A stretch of DNA of 64,000 nucleotides from Candidatus Micrarchaeia archaeon (lineage in GTDB: Archaea; Micrarchaeota; Micrarchaeia; Micrarchaeales; CABMGC01), in the NCBI GenBank assembly GCA_049964835.1, contig JBMFWW010000001.1:3589-67588 (forward strand), in the 5' to 3' direction. Made by a program: the position numbers and the translations under genes. A model generated the notes under the pieces. The model had not been told where the DNA came from. It saw only the letters and a list, made by a program, of their open reading frames with translations, and ran no database searches. Of the stretch, positions 9,551 through 18,370 are shown piece by piece (position 1 is the first letter of the stretch; every line of letters starts with the position of its first letter).

Positions 9551-10969
9551 TTATCCTACTCCTCCAGTAGTATCTAATTTTATGAGTCTTTTTAATTCGA
9601 GTGAGTACTCCATAGGGAGAACCTTTGTCAAATCTTCTATGAATCCTAAAACTATCATTGCTACTGCATCTTCCTCAGGTATTCCTCTCGACATCATATA
9701 AAAGATCATATCGTCGCTTATCTTTCCTATTTTTGCTTCGTGGCTTATTATCGCATCACTTCTATTTATTTGATTGTAAGGATATGTGTTTGTTTTTGCA
9801 AGTCCATCAAGTAAAAGTGCATCACATGAAACATGTGCCTTTGCATTTTCTGCATTTTTAGCTACATGCAAAAGACCTCTAAATGTGCTTACTCCACTAC
9901 CTTTCGATATGCTTTTAGATATTATTTTAGAGGTTGTATTAGGAGCTAAATGATAAATTTTACCGCCTGAATCCTGCACTTGCCCTTCACCGGCTACGGC
10001 TACAGAAAGAACCTCTCCGCTAGCTCCGGGTCCCATAAGGTATATGCTAGGATACTTCATATTAATCTTACTTCCAATATTCGCATCTATCCACTCAACC
10101 CTCCCATTTTCTTGAACATGGGCTCTTTGCGTTACTAAATTATATACATTCTTTGACCAGTTCTGTATTGTTACATATCTTATGTGTGCTCCTTTTAATG
10201 CAACAAGTTCTACTATCGCTGAGTGTAATGAGTTCTTCGCATAAATCGGAGCTGTACATCCTTCTATGTACGTTACATCGGCTCCTTCGTCAGCAATTAT
10301 CAAAGTTCTTTCGAACTGACCTGAGCCTTCTGCATTTATTCTGAAGTAAGCATTTAGCGGCATTGTAGCTTTTACCCCTTTTGGTATATAGATAAAACTA
10401 CCACCAGACCAGCAAGCTGTGTTGAGCGCTGCAAATTTGTTGTCAGTAGATGGTATTACAGTACCAAAATATTTTTTAACAAGTTCCGGATACTTCTTAA
10501 CAGCAGTATCTGTGTCTACAAATATTATACCTTGTCTTTCAAGCTCTTTGTTTACATGAGAGTATACAACAGAGGAGTCGAATTGAGCTTCAGCCCCAGC
10601 GAAAAACTTTCTTTCAGCTTCTGGAACTCCTAATTTATCAAATGTTCTTTTAATCTCTTCAGGAACATCATTCCAATCATTTGACTCTTTTACCTTTGGA
10701 CTTCTATAATAATATACATCCTGAAAGCTAATATCATTTAAATCTGCGCCCCACTGTGGCATAGGTTTGCTTTCAAAGATCTTTAATGCAGTTAATCTTT
10801 TTTCCAACATCCATTCTGGTTCGTTTTTTATCTTTGATATCTTTCTCACTACCTCTTCTGAAAGACCCTTTTCGAAGTCATAGTAATCAACTTTCTCATT
10901 AAATCCATACCTTTCTTTATACTCATCAGTTTTTTGTATAACTTCCTCTCTTTCTATATCAGCTGTCAT
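9551..10969 (-). CDS. sufB: Fe-S cluster assembly scaffold SufB
   Basis: Highly conserved SufB blocks (FERTLIIADEGADVTYIEGCTAP, VSCDALLLD, ISHEAKIGKISDDMIFYMMSRGI). I prefer the ATG at 10969. Confidence 0.9.
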   Translation of the reverse strand: MTADIEREEVIQKTDEYKERYGFNEKVDYYDFEKGLSEEVVRKISKIKNEPEWMLEKRLTALKIFESKPMPQWGADLNDISFQDVYYYRSPKVKESNDWNDVPEEIKRTFDKLGVPEAERKFFAGAEAQFDSSVVYSHVNKELERQGIIFVDTDTAVKKYPELVKKYFGTVIPSTDNKFAALNTACWSGGSFIYIPKGVKATMPLNAYFRINAEGSGQFERTLIIADEGADVTYIEGCTAPIYAKNSLHSAIVELVALKGAHIRYVTIQNWSKNVYNLVTQRAHVQENGRVEWIDANIGSKINMKYPSIYLMGPGASGEVLSVAVAGEGQVQDSGGKIYHLAPNTTSKIISKSISKGSGVSTFRGLLHVAKNAENAKAHVSCDALLLDGLAKTNTYPYNQINRSDAIISHEAKIGKISDDMIFYMMSRGIPEEDAVAMIVLGFIEDLTKVLPMEYSLELKRLIKLDTTGGVG

Positions 10970-10977
10970 AAAAACAC

Positions 10978-11310
10978 TCAAATATCATTTTTTACACTTG
11001 AAAACTCGCATCCGAAATCATTTATCGATTTGCATGCTGCACATATACATCTATCTGCGCTTTCCTTTCCATCAACAATTTTTTTTGCATAACTCTCTAT
11101 CAATGTTTTATCTATCTCTTTATAATAGGTATTTTTTTCAATATCACTTTTTAATGTACGTAATCTTTTGCTAATTGCCGCTTGTGTGACTCCTAACTTC
11201 TTAGCTATTTCTTCTTCTGTTTGGTTGTACTTGTTTTTCAATTCGAGTATTAAAATACCTCTTACTAACGGAACTATCTTTTTAGTAGCATTTTCATAAT
11301 TGCTTGGCAT
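10978..11310 (-). CDS. HTH transcriptional regulator with C-terminal CxCxxCx7C motif (putative suf regulator)
   Basis: HTH segment EEEIAKKLGVTQAAISKRL and C-terminal CICAACKSINDFGC. It lies 8 nt upstream of sufB on the same strand. Confidence 0.55.
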   Translation of the reverse strand: MPSNYENATKKIVPLVRGILILELKNKYNQTEEEIAKKLGVTQAAISKRLRTLKSDIEKNTYYKEIDKTLIESYAKKIVDGKESADRCICAACKSINDFGCEFSSVKNDI

Positions 11311-11369
11311 TTTTTTCCCTACATTTTTTCAATACAACTAAATATCTAAATTAAATATAAATATGTAAT

Positions 11370-11384
11370 TATAACCTAGTTATA
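11370..11384. promoter_or_regulatory. Inverted repeat TATAAC-cta-GTTATA upstream of the suf regulator (candidate operator)
   Basis: 6-bp arms with a 3-nt spacer, read directly, 60 nt upstream of the regulator start codon. AT-rich context makes a chance occurrence plausible. Confidence 0.15.
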
Positions 11385-11491
11385 TTATACTACAAATATT
11401 TATATATACTTCTAATTTTTACCATTGCGTATATATTTTTTATTATTTCCGATACTTTTTTATCCTTTAAATAGCAAGTATTTTTGATTAT

Positions 11492-12424
11492 TTGCAATTT
11501 ACAATATACTTTTATATAGAAGCTTTGCTTGTATTTGTGCTGGTGGCATTAACTGCAGGTAATAATCTTTCTGTATCTTCAGGGACACTTATAACCTCGA
11601 AAACTGTTAAAAAAAGATATGGAATACTAATAGCAATATTAGGTTATATTTCAGGTTTTTTAGTTGAAGGAAATTTTTTAAGAGCGGGAATTAGCAAAAT
11701 TGTGTCATTTGGAAATCAGTACTTTGTATTTGTAGTCTTTTCTATAGCAATACTAATATTCATAATAGCACACAAAAAACGAGTTCCTGAATCGTTATCA
11801 ATTACATTGACCTCTGCGCTTTTCGGTACAGGTCTGGCTCTCAATACTATTAACTTAGGATACGCTTTTTATATAGTTATATTTTGGGTTCTTGCAGGTG
11901 TAATTTCATTTATGTTGTGCTATTTCTTGATGAAATACAAAAACAAACTCATATTCAAAAAAGATATATGGAAGACAGTTTCAGTGATGAAGGTTTCATT
12001 AATAATCCTTGCATTCTTTACGTCATTCACATTAGGAGCAAACACAATAGGTTTAATATACGCTTCAATTCCATCTAGCATGGCCATGGTAATTATAATA
12101 ATACTGGGCATAATAGTTGGCAGTGTACTTTTGAGTTCAGGAGAATTAAAAAGAATAGGAAATGAAATAATACCGTTAAGATACTCTAATGCATTGATAA
12201 CTCAGGCAGTTTCTGTTTTTTTGGTAGAACTTGCAACCACCTTCTCAATACCATTATCTAATACTCAAACATTAACTGCGGGCATTTATGGCACTGGTCT
12301 TAGCTACAAAACAAGATTAATCCTTAAAAAACCGCTTTTTGCTATAATGACTATATGGGTTGTAACTGCCGTAATAAGTTTTATATTGGGTTACATTGCT
12401 ACATTAATATTTATAGTGCATTAA
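11492..12424 (+). CDS. Multi-TM permease, possibly a divergent PiT/PHO4-like anion transporter
   Basis: About 9 hydrophobic helices. Two segments are reminiscent of the PiT GANDxxN signature (TAGNNLSVSSG, LGANTIGLIY). TTG start. Confidence 0.35.
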   Translation: MQFTIYFYIEALLVFVLVALTAGNNLSVSSGTLITSKTVKKRYGILIAILGYISGFLVEGNFLRAGISKIVSFGNQYFVFVVFSIAILIFIIAHKKRVPESLSITLTSALFGTGLALNTINLGYAFYIVIFWVLAGVISFMLCYFLMKYKNKLIFKKDIWKTVSVMKVSLIILAFFTSFTLGANTIGLIYASIPSSMAMVIIIILGIIVGSVLLSSGELKRIGNEIIPLRYSNALITQAVSVFLVELATTFSIPLSNTQTLTAGIYGTGLSYKTRLILKKPLFAIMTIWVVTAVISFILGYIATLIFIVH

Positions 12425-12498
12425 ATAAGACTCTAAGTAAAATTTAATTAAAAAATAAATAAGAAATAAAAATAGTTAAAATTTATTCGAGTGAATTT

Positions 12499-13443
12499 AT
12501 GGATACTATACCATTAGGAAAATCAAAAGAAAAAATACCAATTTTAGGTATCGGAACATGGAAGTTAGGTGCGGATGAAGATACAACCATAACGGTAATA
12601 AAAGAAGCCATTTCAAAAGGTTTACGATTAGTAGATACTGCACAAATGTATCAAAATGAGGTAGTAATAGGAAAAGCAATATCTAATACTAATGCTTTCA
12701 TATGCACAAAGGTTTCTCCAGATAATTTTCATGAAAGATCTTTAATTTCCTCATGCGAATCAAGTCTTAGAAAATTAAATGCAAAACATATTGACCTATA
12801 TCAGCTGCATTGGCCAAATCCATCAATAAAAATATCCGAGACTATGCGCGCAATGGAAAAACTTGTAGATGAAGGAAAAATAAGATATATTGGAGTAAGT
12901 AACTTTTCAGTTTCAGAACTAGAAGAAGCGATGGGCGTTATGAAAAAGTATGAGATTTCATCTAATCAAATAGAGTATAGTGTTCTAACTAGAGAGTTTG
13001 GCGATTCTCTCGAAAGTTTCTGTAAATCAAATAAGATAACAATGATTGCTTACAGTCCTTTAGCTACTGGCAAATTATACGATGAAAAATACAAGGGTGT
13101 ATTCTTAATTTTATCTGAGATAGGTTTAAAATACAATAAAACTCCAACACAAGTAGCGCTAAACTGGCTTTTGCAAAAAGGAAATATCTGTGCAATACCA
13201 AAAATATCCTCAATAAAACATTTAAATGAAAATATAGGTGCTCTTAATTGGCATCTTAGTCAAAAAGATATTCAAAAAATAGATGAGATAGGCCAGCTTA
13301 AAGCTCCTCTCGCATCACGTCTAAATAATGTAACTAAAAGAATGGCACCTGTATGGTCTAAGTTGATGACATTTAATGAAAGTCTAAGAATAAATAAAAA
13401 AACAAAGAAAAAAGATCAAGAAAAGCCTTTTGAAGAAACATAA
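12499..13443 (+). CDS. Aldo/keto reductase
   Basis: AKR blocks LVDTAQMYQNE, DLYQLHWPN, IRYIGVSNF and IAYSPLA. Confidence 0.8.
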   Translation: MDTIPLGKSKEKIPILGIGTWKLGADEDTTITVIKEAISKGLRLVDTAQMYQNEVVIGKAISNTNAFICTKVSPDNFHERSLISSCESSLRKLNAKHIDLYQLHWPNPSIKISETMRAMEKLVDEGKIRYIGVSNFSVSELEEAMGVMKKYEISSNQIEYSVLTREFGDSLESFCKSNKITMIAYSPLATGKLYDEKYKGVFLILSEIGLKYNKTPTQVALNWLLQKGNICAIPKISSIKHLNENIGALNWHLSQKDIQKIDEIGQLKAPLASRLNNVTKRMAPVWSKLMTFNESLRINKKTKKKDQEKPFEET

Positions 13444-13850
13444 TCACAGCTTTCATAATTTAATTGTAACTCTATTTTTTTAATATCCTCTACCGTTCCA
13501 TTCTTCAAGAAGTTGTTAAGTTTTTCCATTGAGTTGGTTACAACCAAAAGATTTTTTGGGTTTTTTACAGTAGAGTCTTTTAGTGCATTTCCAATATCCT
13601 TGTAATCAGATAGCAAAATAAGAATTTCTTTATAGACAAAATCAGAACGCATACAGTTCTCTTTGAGTCTAAGTATTGCATTTAAATATGCTGGTATTAT
13701 TTTAGGAATTAACTTCTCATTATACTCTAATAATATTACAAAGCTATTATTATCAGATAATTTTACTGCTAACTCTATCAATTTACTAGCTTCTTTCTTA
13801 GAAGAGCCCTTAAATGCATAAAGCATACTGTCTAACTCCATACCAATCAT
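13416..13850 (-). CDS. Hypothetical protein, possibly Cgi121-like (KEOPS subunit)
   Basis: The size (144 aa) and a central segment (PAYLNAILRLKENCMRSDFVYKEILILLSDYKDIGNALKD) resemble archaeal Cgi121. This is a weak, by-eye call. Confidence 0.3.
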   Translation of the reverse strand: MIGMELDSMLYAFKGSSKKEASKLIELAVKLSDNNSFVILLEYNEKLIPKIIPAYLNAILRLKENCMRSDFVYKEILILLSDYKDIGNALKDSTVKNPKNLLVVTNSMEKLNNFLKNGTVEDIKKIELQLNYESCDYVSSKGFS

Positions 13851-13905
13851 AATATATTATTTTTGCTTCATATATATAAATCACTAATATATTTAGGTTG
13901 TCAGC

Positions 13906-14301
13906 ATGAGCCAATTTGGATCGCAGCTTCATAGCAAGTCAAAGAGAAAATTATATGGTAATGGTAAGCTTAAGAAAAAAAGCCGAGATAAAAAGAGATT
14001 TGAGATGGGAGGTTACTTCGCAAGCACAAAGCTAGGTGCAGAAAATAAGATAAACAAGGTAAGAGGAAGAGGCGGCAATATAAAAAATAAATTAAAGTAT
14101 GTTGCATTTGCAAACTTATTAACAGATAATGGGTACAAAAAGGTAAAAATAACCTCTATAATTGAATCAAAGGATAACAGAAACTTTGCAAGATTGAAAA
14201 TAATGACAAAGGGAACATTAATCGATACAGAAGCGGGCAAAGCAATAATAATAAATAGGCCTGGAAGAGAGGGAATGGTAAACGCAAAATTGGTAAAGTA
14301 G
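13906..14301 (+). CDS. rps8e: Ribosomal protein S8e (eS8)
   Basis: Basic N-terminus SKSKRKLYGNGKLKKK and S8e blocks KVRGRGGNIKNKL and ANLL. Confidence 0.8.
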   Translation: MSQFGSQLHSKSKRKLYGNGKLKKKSRDKKRFEMGGYFASTKLGAENKINKVRGRGGNIKNKLKYVAFANLLTDNGYKKVKITSIIESKDNRNFARLKIMTKGTLIDTEAGKAIIINRPGREGMVNAKLVK

Positions 14302-14308
14302 TGATAAA

Positions 14309-14683
14309 ATGCCATCAAGAGTTTATTTATGTGATGCAACTGAGAACTCAGCCTTAACAAAATTAATGGCTTACGATCCATATTTAGACAAATCACTAAA
14401 TGAAGAGCAGTTATCAAAGATAAAGGAGGATCCAGAAGCAAATATTATCTTTGCAAGACAGGACTATATCATAAAGGATGGGGTTTCAATAGGTCTTGAA
14501 AGAGACAAGTACTATCTTTATTTAAGTGCATCAGAAGACTTTCTAGAAAAAGCAGATAAAAAGTTAAAATCGAAAATAAAGAGTATAAAAAGAGCAGATA
14601 AAGAAACTGAAGATAAGGTAATAGCAGTAGTAGAAGGGGAAAGAGAGTCAAGCGAAGAAGGTTTAGGCAGCATCTTCGGTTAA
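14309..14683 (+). CDS. Hypothetical protein with a ribosomal-stalk-like acidic C-terminus (…EGERESSEEGLGSIFG)
   Basis: ATG ORF 8 nt after rps8e. The C-terminal 9 residues (14654-14680) resemble the conserved tail of archaeal stalk protein P1. The N-terminal part does not look like P1. Confidence 0.5.
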   Translation: MPSRVYLCDATENSALTKLMAYDPYLDKSLNEEQLSKIKEDPEANIIFARQDYIIKDGVSIGLERDKYYLYLSASEDFLEKADKKLKSKIKSIKRADKETEDKVIAVVEGERESSEEGLGSIFG

Positions 14684-14834
14684 TTATCTTATTATAATTT
14701 TTTTAAAAGTTTTTTAATCTTTTTAAATTTTCTAATTTTCTAGTTTTTAGATTTATTCTTATTTTCTAATATTATTTTTCAAAATGCTTATTTACAAATG
14801 TTATATTTTTATTTGTCTTCTTTTAAATGATTTA

Positions 14835-15495
14835 ATGGAATATGTTTGTATATCTATTGGCGGGGTATACTTTCACGTGAGTATGGCATAAATGTTTTTT
14901 ATGTTATTGGTCTTAGGAATTTACTAAAAAAGCATAGTAAGAAAAAATTCATACTCGTTGTTGGTGGTTATGCAAGTAGATTATACATAAATTCTTCAAG
15001 AAAAATAATAAGGAATAACTCAGTTCTCGATGAGATTGGAATAACTATAAAAAGAATAAATGCGTTAATACTTACGGATATTATATCAACTCTGTACATT
15101 TATCTTAATGTCATTTCAACATTAGATGAACTTCGTGTAGCTTTAAATACAAATAGAATAGTAGTGACGTGTGGTCCACTTCATGGAATTTCTACAGATT
15201 CTGTGTCTATACTTGCTTGAACGCAAGCAAAGAGTCGTATATACACGATAAAAACCCATCTGAAAAAACTGCAAAGAGATTTACTAAATTATCATACGAT
15301 GAACTTATTAAAATAGCTTCAGAATTTGATACAAGAGAAGCTGGACCAAACTTTATATTTGATCTTACTGCGAGCAAACTTGCAAGAAGAGGTAAAATAG
15401 AGCTTCGTTTTGTTAATGATAAAATAAGTGAACTTGAGCTTGCAATAAATGGAAAAGATTTCAATGGAACACGTGTTTTTGATCTGAAATACTAA
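14835..15495 (+). pseudogene. pyrH: Uridylate kinase (archaeal PyrH, amino-acid-kinase fold) disrupted by two frameshifts and a short deletion
   Basis: Three frame pieces are present. The first is MEYVCISIGG (frame 3, from the ATG at 14835). The second is GILSRE..FILVVGGYASRLYINSSRK..DEIGITIKRINALIL..GISTDSVSILA* (frame 2). The third is LNASKESYIHDKNPSEKTAKRFTKLSYDELIKIA..FDLTASKLARRG.. (frame 1). The first shift sits at the G-run ggcgggg (about 14862-14868). About 9-10 residues of the conserved T-x-VDGVY strand are missing. Confidence 0.65.
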
Positions 15496-15557
15496 CAATA
15501 TACTTTCAAAATTACGCATTACTTCTAGTTCTAAAAGGCTTGTATTTTGTTTTGTAT

Positions 15558-16805
15558 TTATCTTATTACTACTTTATCCGTAATATCTACTACTCTGTCT
15601 ATACTGTAATTCACAGGATTTCCAAAACTTGTATTTATTATTAATCTGTTGTGTTTTTGGTCAACCTTACTTATTTTTCCTATAAGTGCGCCAAGTTCAT
15701 TTACAACCAACTTGTCCTTTAATTTTTTAGATTTTATTGTGCGCTTCTTTAAGAATCCTGCCATTAAAGATATACAAATTCCTATAAATATCGCTAAAAT
15801 AGAGTAATCGATAAGTTGACTAAAATATATTTGGCCTATAAACCACGACATAAAGGAGTATAAGAAAACCCAAAAGATTAATGATGAACCCATATAAATC
15901 ATGTACTTATAACTTCTGAAGATATGCCTTGAAGTTTTGGTATCTATTATTCTACCTATTAAATATAGTATTAATACGATAGGTATTAATATCAAAAAGC
16001 CCTCCACCCCATAACTTAGTGCTAATCCTGGATTATTGTTTATACTTAACTGTTCTTGATAATTTCCTATGCCTATGAATATACTAGTAATTATGAAGAT
16101 AATCGATGCCATATAAAATATAAAGCTCATTCTATCTATACTAAAGCCGAAGCCTCTAAATGACTCTATAAGCGCATCTTCAAGGCCAAAGCCCTTAAGC
16201 AATAAATATATTCCTATTAATGCAATAGGCAGCTCCCAGCCAAGACCTGCGATATAGCTTAAAGAGAAAAGCAAAAGCAATATAGCCGGTATTCCGAAAA
16301 TTATTCTAGCATAATGTGGCTCCTTTAGCTTTTCAAGTATTGTAAAGTATGTATTCTCAAGACCCTCGGCTTGCTTTACTATGACTAACTTTATGCTGTT
16401 TACTTTTACTCTAGCTTCAACGAGAGGTAGTATTCTCTTATCGCTTTCTCCGTCGGTAACGAAGACGCACGAATCAGCCTTATACTGCTCTAATACAAGC
16501 TCTAGCTGTCTTACTATCTCTCTATCTGCATCATAGCCTTCTCGTTCAGAGCCTGTTATAGCAGCAACATTTACTGTATATCCTTCTCCTTTAAGCTCGT
16601 CGTATAATTTAACTGCTTCAAACATAGCATTCGAGTCTGTATCTTCGGGATCCGCCAAAGCAAGCTGCGTAGCCCCATTAAGCACTTGAACCTTTCCTGT
16701 TAACGGACCACTTATGCCTGTTTTTCTGTAAAGATCATTATCAATATCACTAACAAGAATGAGCACACGTTCTTCCTTATTAACTATTTTATCCTTACTT
16801 TTCAA
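15558..16805 (-). CDS. DUF373-like archaeal membrane protein
   Basis: Soluble N-terminal domain (LILVSDIDNDLYRKTG..ALADPEDTDSNAMFEAVKLYDEL) followed by about 7 TM helices and a small C-terminal domain. The start is uncertain (TTG at 16805, or the GTG at 16767). Confidence 0.5.
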   Translation of the reverse strand: MKSKDKIVNKEERVLILVSDIDNDLYRKTGISGPLTGKVQVLNGATQLALADPEDTDSNAMFEAVKLYDELKGEGYTVNVAAITGSEREGYDADREIVRQLELVLEQYKADSCVFVTDGESDKRILPLVEARVKVNSIKLVIVKQAEGLENTYFTILEKLKEPHYARIIFGIPAILLLLFSLSYIAGLGWELPIALIGIYLLLKGFGLEDALIESFRGFGFSIDRMSFIFYMASIIFIITSIFIGIGNYQEQLSINNNPGLALSYGVEGFLILIPIVLILYLIGRIIDTKTSRHIFRSYKYMIYMGSSLIFWVFLYSFMSWFIGQIYFSQLIDYSILAIFIGICISLMAGFLKKRTIKSKKLKDKLVVNELGALIGKISKVDQKHNRLIINTSFGNPVNYSIDRVVDITDKVVIR

Positions 16806-16875
16806 ATAAACACAGTTATATATCTGTAAGAAAGTTTAAAATATCTATCCGATTAAAATCTATTTACTTTTATAT

Positions 16876-17000
16876 GCCAGGGTGGCAGAATCTGGTAACG
16901 CGCTGGTCTTGAGTTTTCAAAACATCAAGAGCTGATTTGGTGATGCGACAAGCGAACCAGTGCCCTTCGGGGCTTTAGGGTTCAAATCCCTACCCTGGCG
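16876..17000 (+). tRNA. tRNA-Ser(UGA) with 41-nt intron (16914-16954) at 37/38
   Basis: Acceptor GCCAGGG/CCCTGGC plus discriminator G. Anticodon stem CTGGT/ACCAG, loop CT-TGA-G|intron|A. Long variable arm TGCCCTTCGGGGCTT, T-arm TAGGG-TTCAAAT-CCCTA. The BHB central helix CTTG/CAAG is perfect. The D-stem has an A12-C23 mismatch. Confidence 0.8.
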
Positions 17001-17228
17001 AACTCTTAAATGAATGTATAGGAAGCACATGTCGTTTACTGGCGGGAAGATGTCAAAAGCCAGACTGTTTATCAACAGTAGGTGTAAAACTCACATACTT
17101 TAGCGGTAGGACAATATCACTTAGAAAAAGACACAATAATCAAAAACGTAGAAAGAGGGCCATTAACTATAAACGAATACAATAAATGAAAAAAGAAAAA
17201 ATAAAAGAAAATAAAACAATTTAGTTAA

Positions 17229-17411
17229 TTAAAACATGCTGTTCTTAATTGCTCCTTTTATCTTTGCGGCTGTGGCAGCATCTATCTGCTTCATACTATG
17301 TGCCTGCATGGCGTGCTCCTTTATCTTAGCCATTAATTCATCTTCATCTTTAGCCTTGGCTTTAAAGCCACAACTCATTCCTATATCCTTACATGCGAAA
17401 GTTTTTGCCAT
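17229..17411 (-). CDS. DUF1059 small protein
   Basis: The N-terminus MAKTFACKDIGMSCGF and the helical tail IKEHAMQAHSM are typical of DUF1059. Confidence 0.65.
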   Translation of the reverse strand: MAKTFACKDIGMSCGFKAKAKDEDELMAKIKEHAMQAHSMKQIDAATAAKIKGAIKNSMF

Positions 17412-17529
17412 ATAATCTCCAATATAAATAAGGTAAGAAGTATTTTAAATTGATATTATATGTAATGGCTTATTTTTATTTTTAAGAAGGTTTTTTATAT
17501 TAGTATGAAAAAGGCATAACTTTAAAAAG

Positions 17530-17814
17530 ATGTCCAACAAATATACTTTTGATTGCATGGTAAAAAATGTTAAAAAATACAATAAAGACCAAAAAGAGCT
17601 ATATTTTGATTATATGCTTTTCGATAAAATTTCAAAAGAGCTAAAAGAACATAATAAAAAAATCATGGTCATAAGAAAAAATATAGCAAAATCAAAAAAA
17701 GCATCTTCCGACCTGAAGTTTGAGTTCTTAGAGAACTTTGACATAATAACAGATCATATAGCAAAAGCAGTAAAAGAAATAAACAAATCAAAAAAAATAT
17801 TAAAAGAGTTATAA
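17530..17814 (+). CDS. Hypothetical Lys-rich small protein
   Basis: ATG ORF of 94 aa with predicted helical or coiled character. No motif recognised. Confidence 0.3.
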   Translation: MSNKYTFDCMVKNVKKYNKDQKELYFDYMLFDKISKELKEHNKKIMVIRKNIAKSKKASSDLKFEFLENFDIITDHIAKAVKEINKSKKILKEL

Positions 17815-17816
17815 TT

Positions 17817-18215
17817 TCATATTTTTATTTTTTCCGCTTCTTTTGGGAAAAACTTTTTGTATATTTCATACACAGTTTTTGCATCATCTTTTAATACTGG
17901 TTGCTGGTTTAACAACTTATTCTGCACAGTTTTCAATAGCATAGCATCATTACCTACTGCAAACGTATAACTTTCGCCTTCGCTAGATGTTCCAGACATC
18001 CTTTCATAAAGATCTCCTATCATTTTTGAAACAGGTTTTGCATAATCAATTTTTGATGTTAATGAAACTGTTTCATCATTCCCATTTTTTCTACGACTTT
18101 GTACCAATGCATTTGAAACTTTGCCATTCGCAATCTTTAATAGTTCTTCTTTAAGTTGTTCTACTAACTCTCTATTTGATTTTTTAATAATCTTTCGAAG
18201 TTTTTTATTTCCCAT
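17817..18215 (-). CDS. Hypothetical protein
   Basis: ATG ORF of 132 aa, convergent with the previous ORF (2-nt gap). No motif recognised. Confidence 0.35.
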   Translation of the reverse strand: MGNKKLRKIIKKSNRELVEQLKEELLKIANGKVSNALVQSRRKNGNDETVSLTSKIDYAKPVSKMIGDLYERMSGTSSEGESYTFAVGNDAMLLKTVQNKLLNQQPVLKDDAKTVYEIYKKFFPKEAEKIKI

Positions 18216-18370
18216 TAAAACACAATTACATGCTATTTTTTTAGATATTTATACATTTACATGATGTGTTTTGCAGCTTTTTTATTTGTAAATGTTTCAG
18301 ATTTCATACCTGCCTTACTAAAATTCCTCCAAAGTAATAAATAATTTAGATTTCATATTATATCGGTTTA

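Noticed and set aside
14013-14441. 142-aa ORF antisense across rps8e and the following gene
   Set aside because: It spans two well-supported + strand genes and their junction, and is low in complexity.
14862-14868. G-run at the first pyrH frameshift considered as a programmed frameshift site
   Set aside because: There is no slippery heptamer or downstream structure. A second frameshift and a deletion further downstream make decay (or a homopolymer error plus decay) more likely.
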